From the NCBI GenBank assembly GCA_018657475.1, contig JABHXC010000022.1:1-49934 (forward strand): 49,934 bases of DNA. The letters are read 5' to 3'. The stretch is from Candidatus Woesearchaeota archaeon (GTDB lineage Archaea > Nanobdellota > Nanobdellia > Woesearchaeales > GW2011-AR9). Numbering within the stretch: the first letter of the stretch is position 1; each line of letters opens with the position of its first letter. Shown here piece by piece: positions 8,762 through 18,744 of this stretch. The position numbers and the translations under genes were made by a program. The notes beneath the pieces were generated by a model, which saw nothing but the letters and a program-made list of their open reading frames with translations, was not told the DNA's origin and made no database searches.

Positions 8762-11700
8762 TTATAACTTTTCATTCAAATGTTTAGTTCTTCTGAATAA
8801 GATTATACTTAATAGTACTAAAGCTAGGATAAATGGAAGTATTATTAAGAATCCGCTAAATTTGCTGGTTTTTTTACCAGAACCGAAGTTCATTTCAAAT
8901 TCATCTTCAACAATAACATCTCCACCACGATAAATTTTTGTTTGAACTGTGTTAGTTCCAGAATATTTTTCTGAGTTATATTTTAATTGTTGAGCAAAAA
9001 CTAAACTTTGATCTTCTTTAATTTTGTACGGGCCATACAAATCTCCAAAAGAAGAACCGTCTTGATTAATTGTAAATTCTAAGAAATATTCATCAGACTT
9101 TTTAGGAGGCTCCGCTACTGCTGCTCCTGTAATTCCATTACCAGCATAATACTCTTCTAATTCTTCAGTTAGAGGAACAATAACAACATAAAGGTCCATT
9201 AAATTGTTTTCTGAATCTAAATCTATGGCTGTACCAGAAAATGCTTTCTGTTGGACTTCTTCTTCATACACCACTTCTCCCAAAGTTGTGAATTGAACTT
9301 TAATCTGTCTAGGGATTTTGAAATCTTCATCAATTTCAATAACTGTTTCTTTCTTTTCTCCCGGTTCAAGAACAATTCTTTCATCATTTTTGATTCTTGC
9401 GTTTAATAATCTACCAGAGATAGTGTTTTCTGAATATGCCATTCCTGACATTTGATCAAACAATGAATCTTCAAAACCTAAAGTTTTTCTAGTGATGATA
9501 AAAAATGGATCGTCATAATCTTGTAAAAGTTGTGGTAACAATAACATTGTTTTATCTCCAGTATTTTCCAAAGTAAATTTTATTTTTGTACCAAACTGGT
9601 CAAAGTCAACTTCAGATTGTGATGTAAGGAACTTTTTTGCATCACTGGGAGAGTAGAAACTTGACGGATTAGCTGTTGTTGCAGTAGATGGTGCAGATGC
9701 TGCTGGGGGTAAACTACCTCCACTTCCTGAATCTGTGGATGATGATCCACTAGAACTTGTGCTACCTAGGAAAACTACTGCAGCTGGACATTCTTGGATT
9801 AAAGGACCGTAATCTATAACTCCAGCGTTGTCATTAGTTGGATCGAAGATTTTTGAAGAAATGTTTTCTGAGTAGGGCCACTCATCTGCTGCTGAAGTAT
9901 TATCAGCATAACCATCTCCGTTTTCATCTGTTCCCATATCACAATAATCAGCATAGGCATTACCTTGTGGGTAGCCTGCTACTGAGGTGTTGAATTCATT
10001 ACCTCCTCCGGTTTGGTTGTAATAGTAATAATGATAAGTATTATTTGAAAAATTATTATAATAAAAATTGTTTGAAGTACTTGAACTGTGTAACCATATT
10101 GCACGGTTTAATCTGTTGAAACTATTGTTTGAAATAACACCATTGTCTACATTACTTAGTAAAATCCCCTCTCCAGATCCTGCGGAAGTTACTGATTTTT
10201 CAAAACTATTATTAGTTATATTAACTCCTTCAACACCAGACAAATCTACAAGTGAGACATCACTATAACTAACCATATTTGAATTTTCTAGCAAGAAATT
10301 TCCAGTTGTTCCAGTAACTTTAATTCCAAGAGAATTACTATCAGCTGATGTTTCAACATTAACATTACTAATTGTAACATTTCCTCCACTATTTATAAAA
10401 ATCCCACCACCTTTGTAATCACTTAAGTTACATCCAGTGATTGCATTGTTATAATTTCCACCAGAATAAATTCCAAAACGAGAATACCTGATGCTCTGCT
10501 GTTCTTGACTTAAAACTGTATTGACACAAGTTAAAGATGAATTTAGTTGTAAATAAATACTATGGGCAGTGAAAGACCCTGGACAAAAAGTAGTATCTTC
10601 ATAAATTTGCATATCCGTATATGGAACAAAACAATCTAAATCTAGATTCATACTAACATTGGTGTTATTAGTTTGAGTTAAATTAATTGAAGTAGAATTT
10701 ATGTCTGTTCCAGGGATGGTAGAAAAAGAAAGTGTAACATTGTGTGGAGTTAAATAATATGTTCCAGTACTATTTTTCTTTAATTCTGATAACAGTAATC
10801 TTGCTTGACCATTACTATCTGTTGATTGAGTGTAATCTAAAATTCCTGAACTGTTAAAATAACCAGATGCTTCAGCACCGGGTAGATTCTTGACGTTTCC
10901 ATCATTATCAGTATAATTGGCATTAACGGTAACATACCACTGTGAAAATACTTGTGCATCATTTTCGGTAGTAATATTGTTTAAATCTCCAGTGTAATTA
11001 ATTAAATAATTTGATGTGTTACCATTCACATAGATATCAAAAGTATTATTATTGAATATACCATCTAAAACTTTACTATTATTTGAATTGTTAAAAATAA
11101 CCCCATCTGTGTTGTTGATTATGGTAACTCCACTGAGATTAGAATTGTTAGTATTATAAAAATAAATACCTTGTGTAAAATTGCTTATTTCTAAATTGAT
11201 GACACTAACATTTACTCTTCCACTTGAATTAATTCCATTTCCAGAATTATCTCCTGTAAGGTTATAACCATTACCATTAATAGTAATTCCATCTGTACCT
11301 ATAATAAATGCGTTATTACAATTGTAGTTATTTCCAAAATTAAAATCATTTGTTAAAGTAGCCCCACAATTAATTGCAGTAAGAGTAAGATTTGCTTGTG
11401 CATAAGTGAGATTTAATAGGTTTACAGAAGTATTGTTTTGTGTATAATTTGCTTTACTAGCAGTAATTTCTGCTGGAACAATATAATAAGTTACATTATT
11501 ATATGTATAATACTCTGTAATTTTTAATCTTGATAATCCTGAAGAATTAGTTAGTATTGTGTCTTCAAGATCGCCAATTGAATTGTAAGCCTTTACAGTC
11601 GCGTTTGCTAAGGCGTTTTGAGAAGTATCAGTTACATTAACATCAACATACCATTTATAAAAAACTTGCATTAAATCATTAACTATAAATTTACTTGTAT

Positions 11701-13639
11701 TAACAGTATAATTAACAAAAGAAATACTGCCAACTGTGTTTTCAATATAAACATCAAAAGTATTATCTTGAAATGTGGGATTTTCAAATGTGTTGTCAGA
11801 GATAGTTGTTACAAGAGCATCGATTAAAATTCCTCGAGAATGGTTAATTATTTGTTCATTGGTAAAATTATTGTTTTGACTGTTTTCTCCAATATAATAA
11901 CCAATAGAATTGTTAAAAAGATAGTTACTTTCAAAATTATTGTTACTACTTTTAGTAACATTAACCCCACTTTCTCCTGAATTTGAAATATTGTTATTTC
12001 TTATTATTGCATAACTTGTGTTTAAAATAGATATGCTCACTTTTGGTAATCCTAAAACACTACTATTTTCAATAATTATATTGTCTGTTACTATTAACTT
12101 TATTCCTTGTTTATCAAATGTAACATTTGTAACATTAATATTGCTTGAGTTTATAATTGCTAAAAAACTAATATTTTCAGTATTTTCAATTATATCAGAG
12201 TAATTTTCGAAAAGATAATAAATTGATTCTTCTTGATACGTGTTAGTTGTGTCTATTGTATGGTTATAATTGGAATAATCTACATTTGGATCAAAATAAA
12301 ATGGTGCATTAGTAGTGTTGAAAGAATTGTTCCAAAAATAACTGTGCAGTGAAGTAGAGATAGTTAATCCATATGCTGAACTCCCATTTGTAGAAATGTT
12401 ATTGCCAGTAAAATTTCCTGCTGCAAGTCTGATTGCGTCAAAAGTATTTGAATATCCTCTAATTGAATTAAAATTTATGGCGTGATTCCAACTAGCAGCA
12501 CTATCTAGTGCGTAATATTCATAAGAAGTAATAGTATTGTTAATCATATTATAATAATGGGATAATAATCCTGGTAAAACACCAGCAGAAAAATCTCCAT
12601 AAGTAGTGATATTATTATTAGTTATATTGTTGTAACGAGATAAACTACCATCTATACCATGCGAGGTATTTCCATATGTGATAATCGTATTGTTATCTAT
12701 TAATGTATAGAATGTTGAAATTAAGTCTAGTGCACCATTTTCATAATTGCCATACATAGTTATCTGGTTATGGTTGATGATAGATGAGTCTGAATCATCT
12801 AGGTAAATCCCATCCATAGGTATGGCAACAGTACCGGTAAAAACAAAAGTATGATTCCCAGTAATAATATTACTTGTTAGGTTGTTGGAATAGGAATCCG
12901 ATAAATGAACTGCATTATTGTATTCGCTTGTAATGTTAATCACATTATCGATTACTAATGTATTATTAACAAAATTAAATCTAATTCCATTACTAAGATT
13001 ACTAGTACTGCCTTCATTAATAATGGTATTGTTTTGTATAGTTCCATTAACTGAGTTAGAATAAAATATTGCATGTTTAGAACTGGTTGTAATATTTTCT
13101 TCAAAAATATTGCAATTCTTAATAGTAACATTACTGAAACCAGTATTATTTATACCATATCCAAATACTCCTGCAGTAGAATAATTAATGTTATAACCTG
13201 CACAATCTAATGTCGTATCAGAAACATTAATATTAAAACATGTTCCGCTGGAATTAACATTAGTTGTTAATGTAATACTCTCATTAACATAACCACATTG
13301 TGTGGAATTTGCATCAATTTGTAGGCCTAAATTAAATTGTGGAGTTAAATCAATCTCTACATTATCTAAAAAATCTTTTGTTGTATCATTTAATATTAGA
13401 TTGTCTTTTAAAAAATCATTTGGTAAAACAATTGTTGTATTCTCAACTGTTGTGTCATTAACAATTTCTATAGATTTGTTATTTGTAATATTTTCTATGG
13501 GAACACTTATTGTGATCTCTTCACTAACAACTGCTCCTGTGATCCCTCCTTCTAAAAACAAAAATCCAGAAATAACTACTATCATAGCTAAAACTACAAA
13601 CATTACAAAGAATCCTCTTTTTTCTATGTACATAAACAT
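8762..13639 (-). CDS. Large surface protein with parallel beta-helix (PbH1/NosD-like) repeats and C-terminal TM anchor
   Basis: 1625 aa, Asn-rich repeats (I.NN.I), many N-x-S/T sequons, Ser/Gly/Pro linker, terminal hydrophobic helix. Confidence 0.85.
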   Translation of the reverse strand: MFMYIEKRGFFVMFVVLAMIVVISGFLFLEGGITGAVVSEEITISVPIENITNNKSIEIVNDTTVENTTIVLPNDFLKDNLILNDTTKDFLDNVEIDLTPQFNLGLQIDANSTQCGYVNESITLTTNVNSSGTCFNINVSDTTLDCAGYNINYSTAGVFGYGINNTGFSNVTIKNCNIFEENITTSSKHAIFYSNSVNGTIQNNTIINEGSTSNLSNGIRFNFVNNTLVIDNVINITSEYNNAVHLSDSYSNNLTSNIITGNHTFVFTGTVAIPMDGIYLDDSDSSIINHNQITMYGNYENGALDLISTFYTLIDNNTIITYGNTSHGIDGSLSRYNNITNNNITTYGDFSAGVLPGLLSHYYNMINNTITSYEYYALDSAASWNHAINFNSIRGYSNTFDAIRLAAGNFTGNNISTNGSSAYGLTISTSLHSYFWNNSFNTTNAPFYFDPNVDYSNYNHTIDTTNTYQEESIYYLFENYSDIIENTENISFLAIINSSNINVTNVTFDKQGIKLIVTDNIIIENSSVLGLPKVSISILNTSYAIIRNNNISNSGESGVNVTKSSNNNFESNYLFNNSIGYYIGENSQNNNFTNEQIINHSRGILIDALVTTISDNTFENPTFQDNTFDVYIENTVGSISFVNYTVNTSKFIVNDLMQVFYKWYVDVNVTDTSQNALANATVKAYNSIGDLEDTILTNSSGLSRLKITEYYTYNNVTYYIVPAEITASKANYTQNNTSVNLLNLTYAQANLTLTAINCGATLTNDFNFGNNYNCNNAFIIGTDGITINGNGYNLTGDNSGNGINSSGRVNVSVINLEISNFTQGIYFYNTNNSNLSGVTIINNTDGVIFNNSNNSKVLDGIFNNNTFDIYVNGNTSNYLINYTGDLNNITTENDAQVFSQWYVTVNANYTDNDGNVKNLPGAEASGYFNSSGILDYTQSTDSNGQARLLLSELKKNSTGTYYLTPHNVTLSFSTIPGTDINSTSINLTQTNNTNVSMNLDLDCFVPYTDMQIYEDTTFCPGSFTAHSIYLQLNSSLTCVNTVLSQEQQSIRYSRFGIYSGGNYNNAITGCNLSDYKGGGIFINSGGNVTISNVNVETSADSNSLGIKVTGTTGNFLLENSNMVSYSDVSLVDLSGVEGVNITNNSFEKSVTSAGSGEGILLSNVDNGVISNNSFNRLNRAIWLHSSSTSNNFYYNNFSNNTYHYYYYNQTGGGNEFNTSVAGYPQGNAYADYCDMGTDENGDGYADNTSAADEWPYSENISSKIFDPTNDNAGVIDYGPLIQECPAAVVFLGSTSSSGSSSTDSGSGGSLPPAASAPSTATTANPSSFYSPSDAKKFLTSQSEVDFDQFGTKIKFTLENTGDKTMLLLPQLLQDYDDPFFIITRKTLGFEDSLFDQMSGMAYSENTISGRLLNARIKNDERIVLEPGEKKETVIEIDEDFKIPRQIKVQFTTLGEVVYEEEVQQKAFSGTAIDLDSENNLMDLYVVIVPLTEELEEYYAGNGITGAAVAEPPKKSDEYFLEFTINQDGSSFGDLYGPYKIKEDQSLVFAQQLKYNSEKYSGTNTVQTKIYRGGDVIVEDEFEMNFGSGKKTSKFSGFLIILPFILALVLLSIILFRRTKHLNEKL

Positions 13640-13811
13640 TTAAATGATCGATTTAGAGTATTTAAATATTTGGAGGAGGGATTTATAGAATCAACAAATA
13701 GTTGAAGATGTTATTTTTAGTATAAAACACACATAGTTTAACCTCTTTGTTGTCACTATTAAGCGATAAACCCTCCAAAAAATTTATAAACTGTTAATTA
13801 ACAATTCTCCT

Positions 13812-15185
13812 ATGAGAAGATTTATTCGGAACTTGGCAGTTGCTTTAACCTTAGCTAGTCCTTTTGCTTCTCAAGCTCAGGATTTAGAAGAAGCAGTAAT
13901 CCCTATCTCTCAAACTCAAGAAACTCAGGTTTTAACAGACGTAAATGATAATAATGAATCTCTTGAATTAAGACTCACAGTTGATTTTCCTCTTGGTGAT
14001 TTTAGTGTTAGCCAGGAGATGTTAACAGATATAGGGGATTCTTCCAACTCATTATTACAATTTGGGATGAGTTTTCTACAACCAGAAGATGATGGAGTTT
14101 TAGGTGTTCTAGAAAGAACTGGTTATTTGGGATTAGATACTTATGCTACTTTAATTTTAGCTACAATTAATCATGAATTTGGACACTTATTCCAATATAG
14201 AAATATTGGTTTTAATGATAACCATCTTGATTTAAGTGAAATCTATTTTTTAGATGGATCTATTCATAGAAATGAATTAATACAATATAGTCATTTTAAT
14301 AATAGAGGTGATAGAAATGCTATATTAGGGGAAGAGGCAATGGCAGTAAGTGGTTCTGGATTGTTAAGAAATAGTTTGTTGGCCGAAAGAATTTTAGAGG
14401 ATTCTATACAGAATGGGCTAAGTTTACAAGATTCATTAAGTTATATTATTTATCACAGTGATATTACTAGGATGGTATTATCTAACATTAATCAAGAAGT
14501 AAATGAAGGAGATTATGAGAATGATGCAGATGTTTATAGTAGGGAATTGCAAATAAATACATCTATTCATGGTCCTAGAAATCCTGATTTAAGCCAGGGA
14601 GAGATGGACGAAATAATTACTGAAGTTAGGGGGATTATACAAAATAATGAATCTCCAAGAGATTCTCAATTAGGAGTAGCTATTCTTAATGGTTTAGATC
14701 CTCATAGTATTGCGGCTGCTTATAATATTATTAATTATTTAATCACCGGGGATGATGATCCGATAGCTTTGCCTCAGTGGGTACCACAAATTAATGGATA
14801 TCTTGGTGTTCCTGGTCCAATTTTAGAATTAAAGATGAATTATCCTTTTAGAGATGGAATAATTAGTGGTGGGATTCGTGGAGGTTATTTTCCTGAAGCT
14901 TCATTTGCTGCAGAATTTGGTTTTAGAAATATTTCTGTTGGAGAAAATGGTGTAGAGATTAGTGGAAGAATTGAAGCTGGATTAAGAAAAGATGGTAGTA
15001 TTCTTTTTGATGAAACTATTGTTGGAGTTGGAGGATCGGTTGAAATTGAGATGCCAATGACACAAAATTCAGATATGATCATGAGATACACTTTTGAACC
15101 AAAAAGATTTTGGAGTCCAAACACATTTTATCGTCAGGACAATGCACATTTTTTAAGTTTGGGTGTTCATTGGGATTCGGAATAA
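13812..15185 (+). CDS. Secreted HExxH metallopeptidase-like protein with beta-rich C-terminus
   Basis: Signal peptide ending SQA; INHEFGH; alternating hydrophobic strands ending FLSLGVHWDSE. Confidence 0.6.
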   Translation: MRRFIRNLAVALTLASPFASQAQDLEEAVIPISQTQETQVLTDVNDNNESLELRLTVDFPLGDFSVSQEMLTDIGDSSNSLLQFGMSFLQPEDDGVLGVLERTGYLGLDTYATLILATINHEFGHLFQYRNIGFNDNHLDLSEIYFLDGSIHRNELIQYSHFNNRGDRNAILGEEAMAVSGSGLLRNSLLAERILEDSIQNGLSLQDSLSYIIYHSDITRMVLSNINQEVNEGDYENDADVYSRELQINTSIHGPRNPDLSQGEMDEIITEVRGIIQNNESPRDSQLGVAILNGLDPHSIAAAYNIINYLITGDDDPIALPQWVPQINGYLGVPGPILELKMNYPFRDGIISGGIRGGYFPEASFAAEFGFRNISVGENGVEISGRIEAGLRKDGSILFDETIVGVGGSVEIEMPMTQNSDMIMRYTFEPKRFWSPNTFYRQDNAHFLSLGVHWDSE

Positions 15186-15189
15186 ACTT

Positions 15190-16161
15190 TTAGGATGATA
15201 ATAAACTCATAAACTCTTCTGGATTTTGTAAATACATATTGGTAACTGCATGTAATCCCCTATCTTGGATCAATTCTCTAGCTTCTGGAACATGGCGATA
15301 AATAGGGCCAGCATTCACCATATTCTCAAAAGCAGCAAGAACATGTTCCTCTCCACCGGGAATTGATTGTTGCTTAACATATTGCTGAGCAATTTCTGCA
15401 GCAGCTGCTTCAACAAAAGTTTCATCGGCAAGATAAGCTACAGTAGAACCAACTTCTGTAACATAATCTCTAAAAACATCTCTTGTTGCAAGATGAAGTG
15501 TCTCCGAAAATGGTGCATTTAATGACCCTTCTCCTGCAACTAATGCAATAAAATAATTATTTTCATTATCTCTCACAGAACCATGACCTCGATTTTCTTT
15601 AAGTCTAGTAATAGTAATTCTCTCTTCATTTCCATCTGTTGAAATTAAGTAAGTGAACTCATGGACCATATGGACCCCATTAGTAATAAACGCTTTTCCT
15701 GCATAGTCAGAATCTCCTAAAGTAAAAGTAAGATCTTGTAACGGCAATTCTGAGATAGTTTCATGTAAAAAATTACGAGCACCACTTGCATATTCAGTAA
15801 AAGCTTGTCCAACTAAATAGTCTAAGGGTGTCCCATAAAGCTGAGCAGTAACTTGTATTAGTTGAGGATCAGTTACTAGGGTTCTTCCGGAATCTTGCAC
15901 AAATCGCATTAACCTATTTCGGCTTCCTTGTTCTTGTAAGTGAATTAAAGGATCATTGGGACTGTGAGAAATTAGTGGACCTATTTCAATACATCTTGCA
16001 CGTATATCTTCAACATTTTCATATGAGGGTTTAATGTGGTTCATAAAAGTCCAAGGTGAAGTAATTTCTGAAACAGGTATCTCTGAACTATTTGGTGTTT
16101 GTTCATCCATACCAAAAACAAGAGCTACTAATCCGCCCATTAAAAAAGTTCTTCTATCCAT
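15190..16161 (-). CDS. Secreted protein with twin-arginine-like signal and degenerate zincin-like motif
   Basis: MDRRTFLMGG; SETLH followed by DETFVEA. Confidence 0.55.
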   Translation of the reverse strand: MDRRTFLMGGLVALVFGMDEQTPNSSEIPVSEITSPWTFMNHIKPSYENVEDIRARCIEIGPLISHSPNDPLIHLQEQGSRNRLMRFVQDSGRTLVTDPQLIQVTAQLYGTPLDYLVGQAFTEYASGARNFLHETISELPLQDLTFTLGDSDYAGKAFITNGVHMVHEFTYLISTDGNEERITITRLKENRGHGSVRDNENNYFIALVAGEGSLNAPFSETLHLATRDVFRDYVTEVGSTVAYLADETFVEAAAAEIAQQYVKQQSIPGGEEHVLAAFENMVNAGPIYRHVPEARELIQDRGLHAVTNMYLQNPEEFMSLLSS

Positions 16162-16247
16162 ATTTGTATTTATATCCACTGTTTCTACTATAAGGGTTCA
16201 GATTATTTAATATTTATGTAAATTTTTTTATTATAAGAAAATAATGT

Positions 16248-16469
16248 TCATTTCTTTCTCAATTTATCTAACTCTTTAATTTCTAGTCTTTTAATCTCAA
16301 CTAATGTTTTAGATAGATTATTCATTAATTCACTTTGTTTCTTAGATTGGTTCATATGTTTAATTAAAAGAATGATGACAACTGCAGCTTCAACTAAAAC
16401 AAGAATTTGAATTATTCCTAAAGCTATGATTATTTCAATTAAAGGAATGTCAACACCAAAGATTATCAC
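16248..16469 (-). CDS. Small single-TM protein
   Basis: Hydrophobic N-terminus, charged coiled tail; downstream of the pilin gene on the same strand. Confidence 0.6.
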   Translation of the reverse strand: MIIFGVDIPLIEIIIALGIIQILVLVEAAVVIILLIKHMNQSKKQSELMNNLSKTLVEIKRLEIKELDKLRKK

Positions 16470-16507
16470 ATTTTCACCTAAATTATTTTATCTTATAAAG
16501 TTTCCTT

Positions 16508-16966
16508 TTAACAGTTAGGAACTTTTTCAATAGTTAACGCCTTTTCAATACATACTTGTTGTTCATCGTACAAAGTTATTGCTGGAGTTAACTTAATTTG
16601 TCTAATCTCTCCTGATTCTTGAACATTGTAAGAAACTTTGCCTACATAGCTTCCTACTTTTTCCATTTTAGCATTGTTGATTTCAATAGTTTCTGCTTTT
16701 TCTGTTCCAATAATATTTGCTACTAATCTATCCACTGCAATATTTGCACCGTTCTCTATTGTAAACTTAATTTGATTTGATGAAGAATCAAAACATATTT
16801 GTTTTTGCCCACTTATTACAGAAAGTTTTAGTCCAATGTTTAATGGACATTGAGCTTGAGTTTCAACTTGTGCTTTACCAAAAGTCATAACTACAACTCC
16901 AATAGCTACTGCAAAAGAAATTAGTAACAGCGTAGCAATTACTGGTGAGATACCTCTTTTGTTCAT
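16508..16966 (-). CDS. Archaeal type IV pilin-like protein
   Basis: Class III signal peptide KRG|ISPVIATLLLISFAVAIG. Confidence 0.88.
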   Translation of the reverse strand: MNKRGISPVIATLLLISFAVAIGVVVMTFGKAQVETQAQCPLNIGLKLSVISGQKQICFDSSSNQIKFTIENGANIAVDRLVANIIGTEKAETIEINNAKMEKVGSYVGKVSYNVQESGEIRQIKLTPAITLYDEQQVCIEKALTIEKVPNC

Positions 16967-17128
16967 AACAAGGAATAGAATTATTTTAGGTTTATAAATG
17001 TTGAGTGTGGTTAATTTTGTTTTTTATGTCTTTATAATTGCTTGTTGTTTATTCACTAATTAGTAAGAACACTACAAAAAGTTTATAAATGGCTTTTATT
17101 GTGGTATATTGTTTAAAACTGGTGAACT

Positions 17129-17755
17129 ATGGACATTATTGAACTTAAAAAAGAGCAATTGAAGCTGGCTAGTAAAGTCGTTCTTAGAGATAGTTTTACA
17201 CAAGTTAAAACTGTTGGAGGGGCTGATTATTTTCCAGTTGGTGATAAAATATTAGCTGCAGTAGTTGTTTGTAAATATCCTTCTTTTGAAATTGTTGAAA
17301 AGAAAACATTTCTTTTAGATAATCCATTACCTTCGCGTTCAGAATATTTAGCTTACAGAGTTATGCCTGCTATAATTGAAGCATTTAATGAGTTATCTGA
17401 AGAGCCAGATGTATTATTTGTTCATGGGAATGGAATTAACCATCCTAGAAAATTTGGTTTAGCTTCACATTTAGGTTTAGCTTTACAAATTCCTACATTG
17501 GGTGTTGTAACTAACAATAATGTTGGGAATATTGAGAATGGAAAAATTATGTTTGAAAATGAAATTGTTGGTTTTGCTATAACAACTAGAGAACATGCTA
17601 ATGAGATTTATATTTCACCTGGACATTTAATGTCTTTAGGATCTGCATTACAATTAGTAAAAGATTCAGTAAGATTTCCACATAAAATGCCTGAACCGTT
17701 ACATATTGCACATAAGTTAGCTAAGAAAAAAGCGAAGAAGATGGTGGAAGAATGA
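17129..17755 (+). CDS. nfi: Endonuclease V family protein with degenerate active site
   Basis: GNGINHPRKFGLASHLG, IYISPGH, MPEPLHIAH. Confidence 0.85.
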   Translation: MDIIELKKEQLKLASKVVLRDSFTQVKTVGGADYFPVGDKILAAVVVCKYPSFEIVEKKTFLLDNPLPSRSEYLAYRVMPAIIEAFNELSEEPDVLFVHGNGINHPRKFGLASHLGLALQIPTLGVVTNNNVGNIENGKIMFENEIVGFAITTREHANEIYISPGHLMSLGSALQLVKDSVRFPHKMPEPLHIAHKLAKKKAKKMVEE

Positions 17756-18744
17756 CGCTTAAAACTACTGGACTAAACGAACTATTAGAGAGTTGTAATA
17801 CATATTCAGAAAATAATAGTATTATCAAAGAACGAATTACTGATTTAGAAGCAAGAGTAAATGATTTTGTTATTGAACGGAATTATGAAGAAACTAAAGT
17901 TAATGCTGCTCATGTTGTTCTTAAACTTGTAACAGAAAGTTTAAAGGAAGGATTATTTTTAGGTGTAGAGGTAATGAATCCTATATATAAAATTAATTTT
18001 GCGCGCTATATAAGGTCAAAGAAGACTCGTAGAGATGTAACTTCAAGATTGTACTCTACATTTAAAAACTTGCCAAAATTTCCTATTTCTTCAGGAGCTA
18101 GGATTTTTTTTGCTGAGGAAATAATTGATCTTTTAGATCCTGAACATTGTTATGGGGCAATTGTTGGAGAAGGGATTTTAGATTCTGAAAAGGAAAACTA
18201 TTTTGCTATGATTAAACCTCATTATGAAAAATTAATTAGTCAAATTAGTAAAAGTGTAAAATATGCTGATAAAACACTGCGAAATTTTCCTTTATTAACT
18301 GCACCATATTTTGATCAATTAATTAATGGTATTTTTGTAAATGGTCCGTTAGCTGTTCTTGATATTGTCAAAAAGAATGATAATGCGGCTGGAATGATGA
18401 CAAAGAAACATGTTGAAAGATTAATTGAAGATGCTGCTGAAGATCCTATTGATTATAGTAATATATTTAGATACTTGCCAGACAAATTATTTGATGAATA
18501 TAAAACACTAATTTGTGTGACTGCAATAAGTAATCCACTAATATATCAAACAATGCAGGAATTAGATCTATTTGTAGATGCAGCTCAACCTATTGAAAGT
18601 CGTTTAAATTTTTTAATGCAGTACAGAGAAAAGCTTAGAATGAATGCAGGAGCATTATCTATTTCTCCTGTTAATGTAGAAGGTGGAGAATTATCTTTGG
18701 GCTATGAAGAAAATGGATTAGCGCTAATTGAGGATTTAGAATGA
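17752..18744 (+). CDS. Hypothetical helical protein with repeated GxL[SA]L tail
   Basis: 330-aa ORF with ATGA overlaps at both ends. Confidence 0.7.
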   Translation: MTLKTTGLNELLESCNTYSENNSIIKERITDLEARVNDFVIERNYEETKVNAAHVVLKLVTESLKEGLFLGVEVMNPIYKINFARYIRSKKTRRDVTSRLYSTFKNLPKFPISSGARIFFAEEIIDLLDPEHCYGAIVGEGILDSEKENYFAMIKPHYEKLISQISKSVKYADKTLRNFPLLTAPYFDQLINGIFVNGPLAVLDIVKKNDNAAGMMTKKHVERLIEDAAEDPIDYSNIFRYLPDKLFDEYKTLICVTAISNPLIYQTMQELDLFVDAAQPIESRLNFLMQYREKLRMNAGALSISPVNVEGGELSLGYEENGLALIEDLE

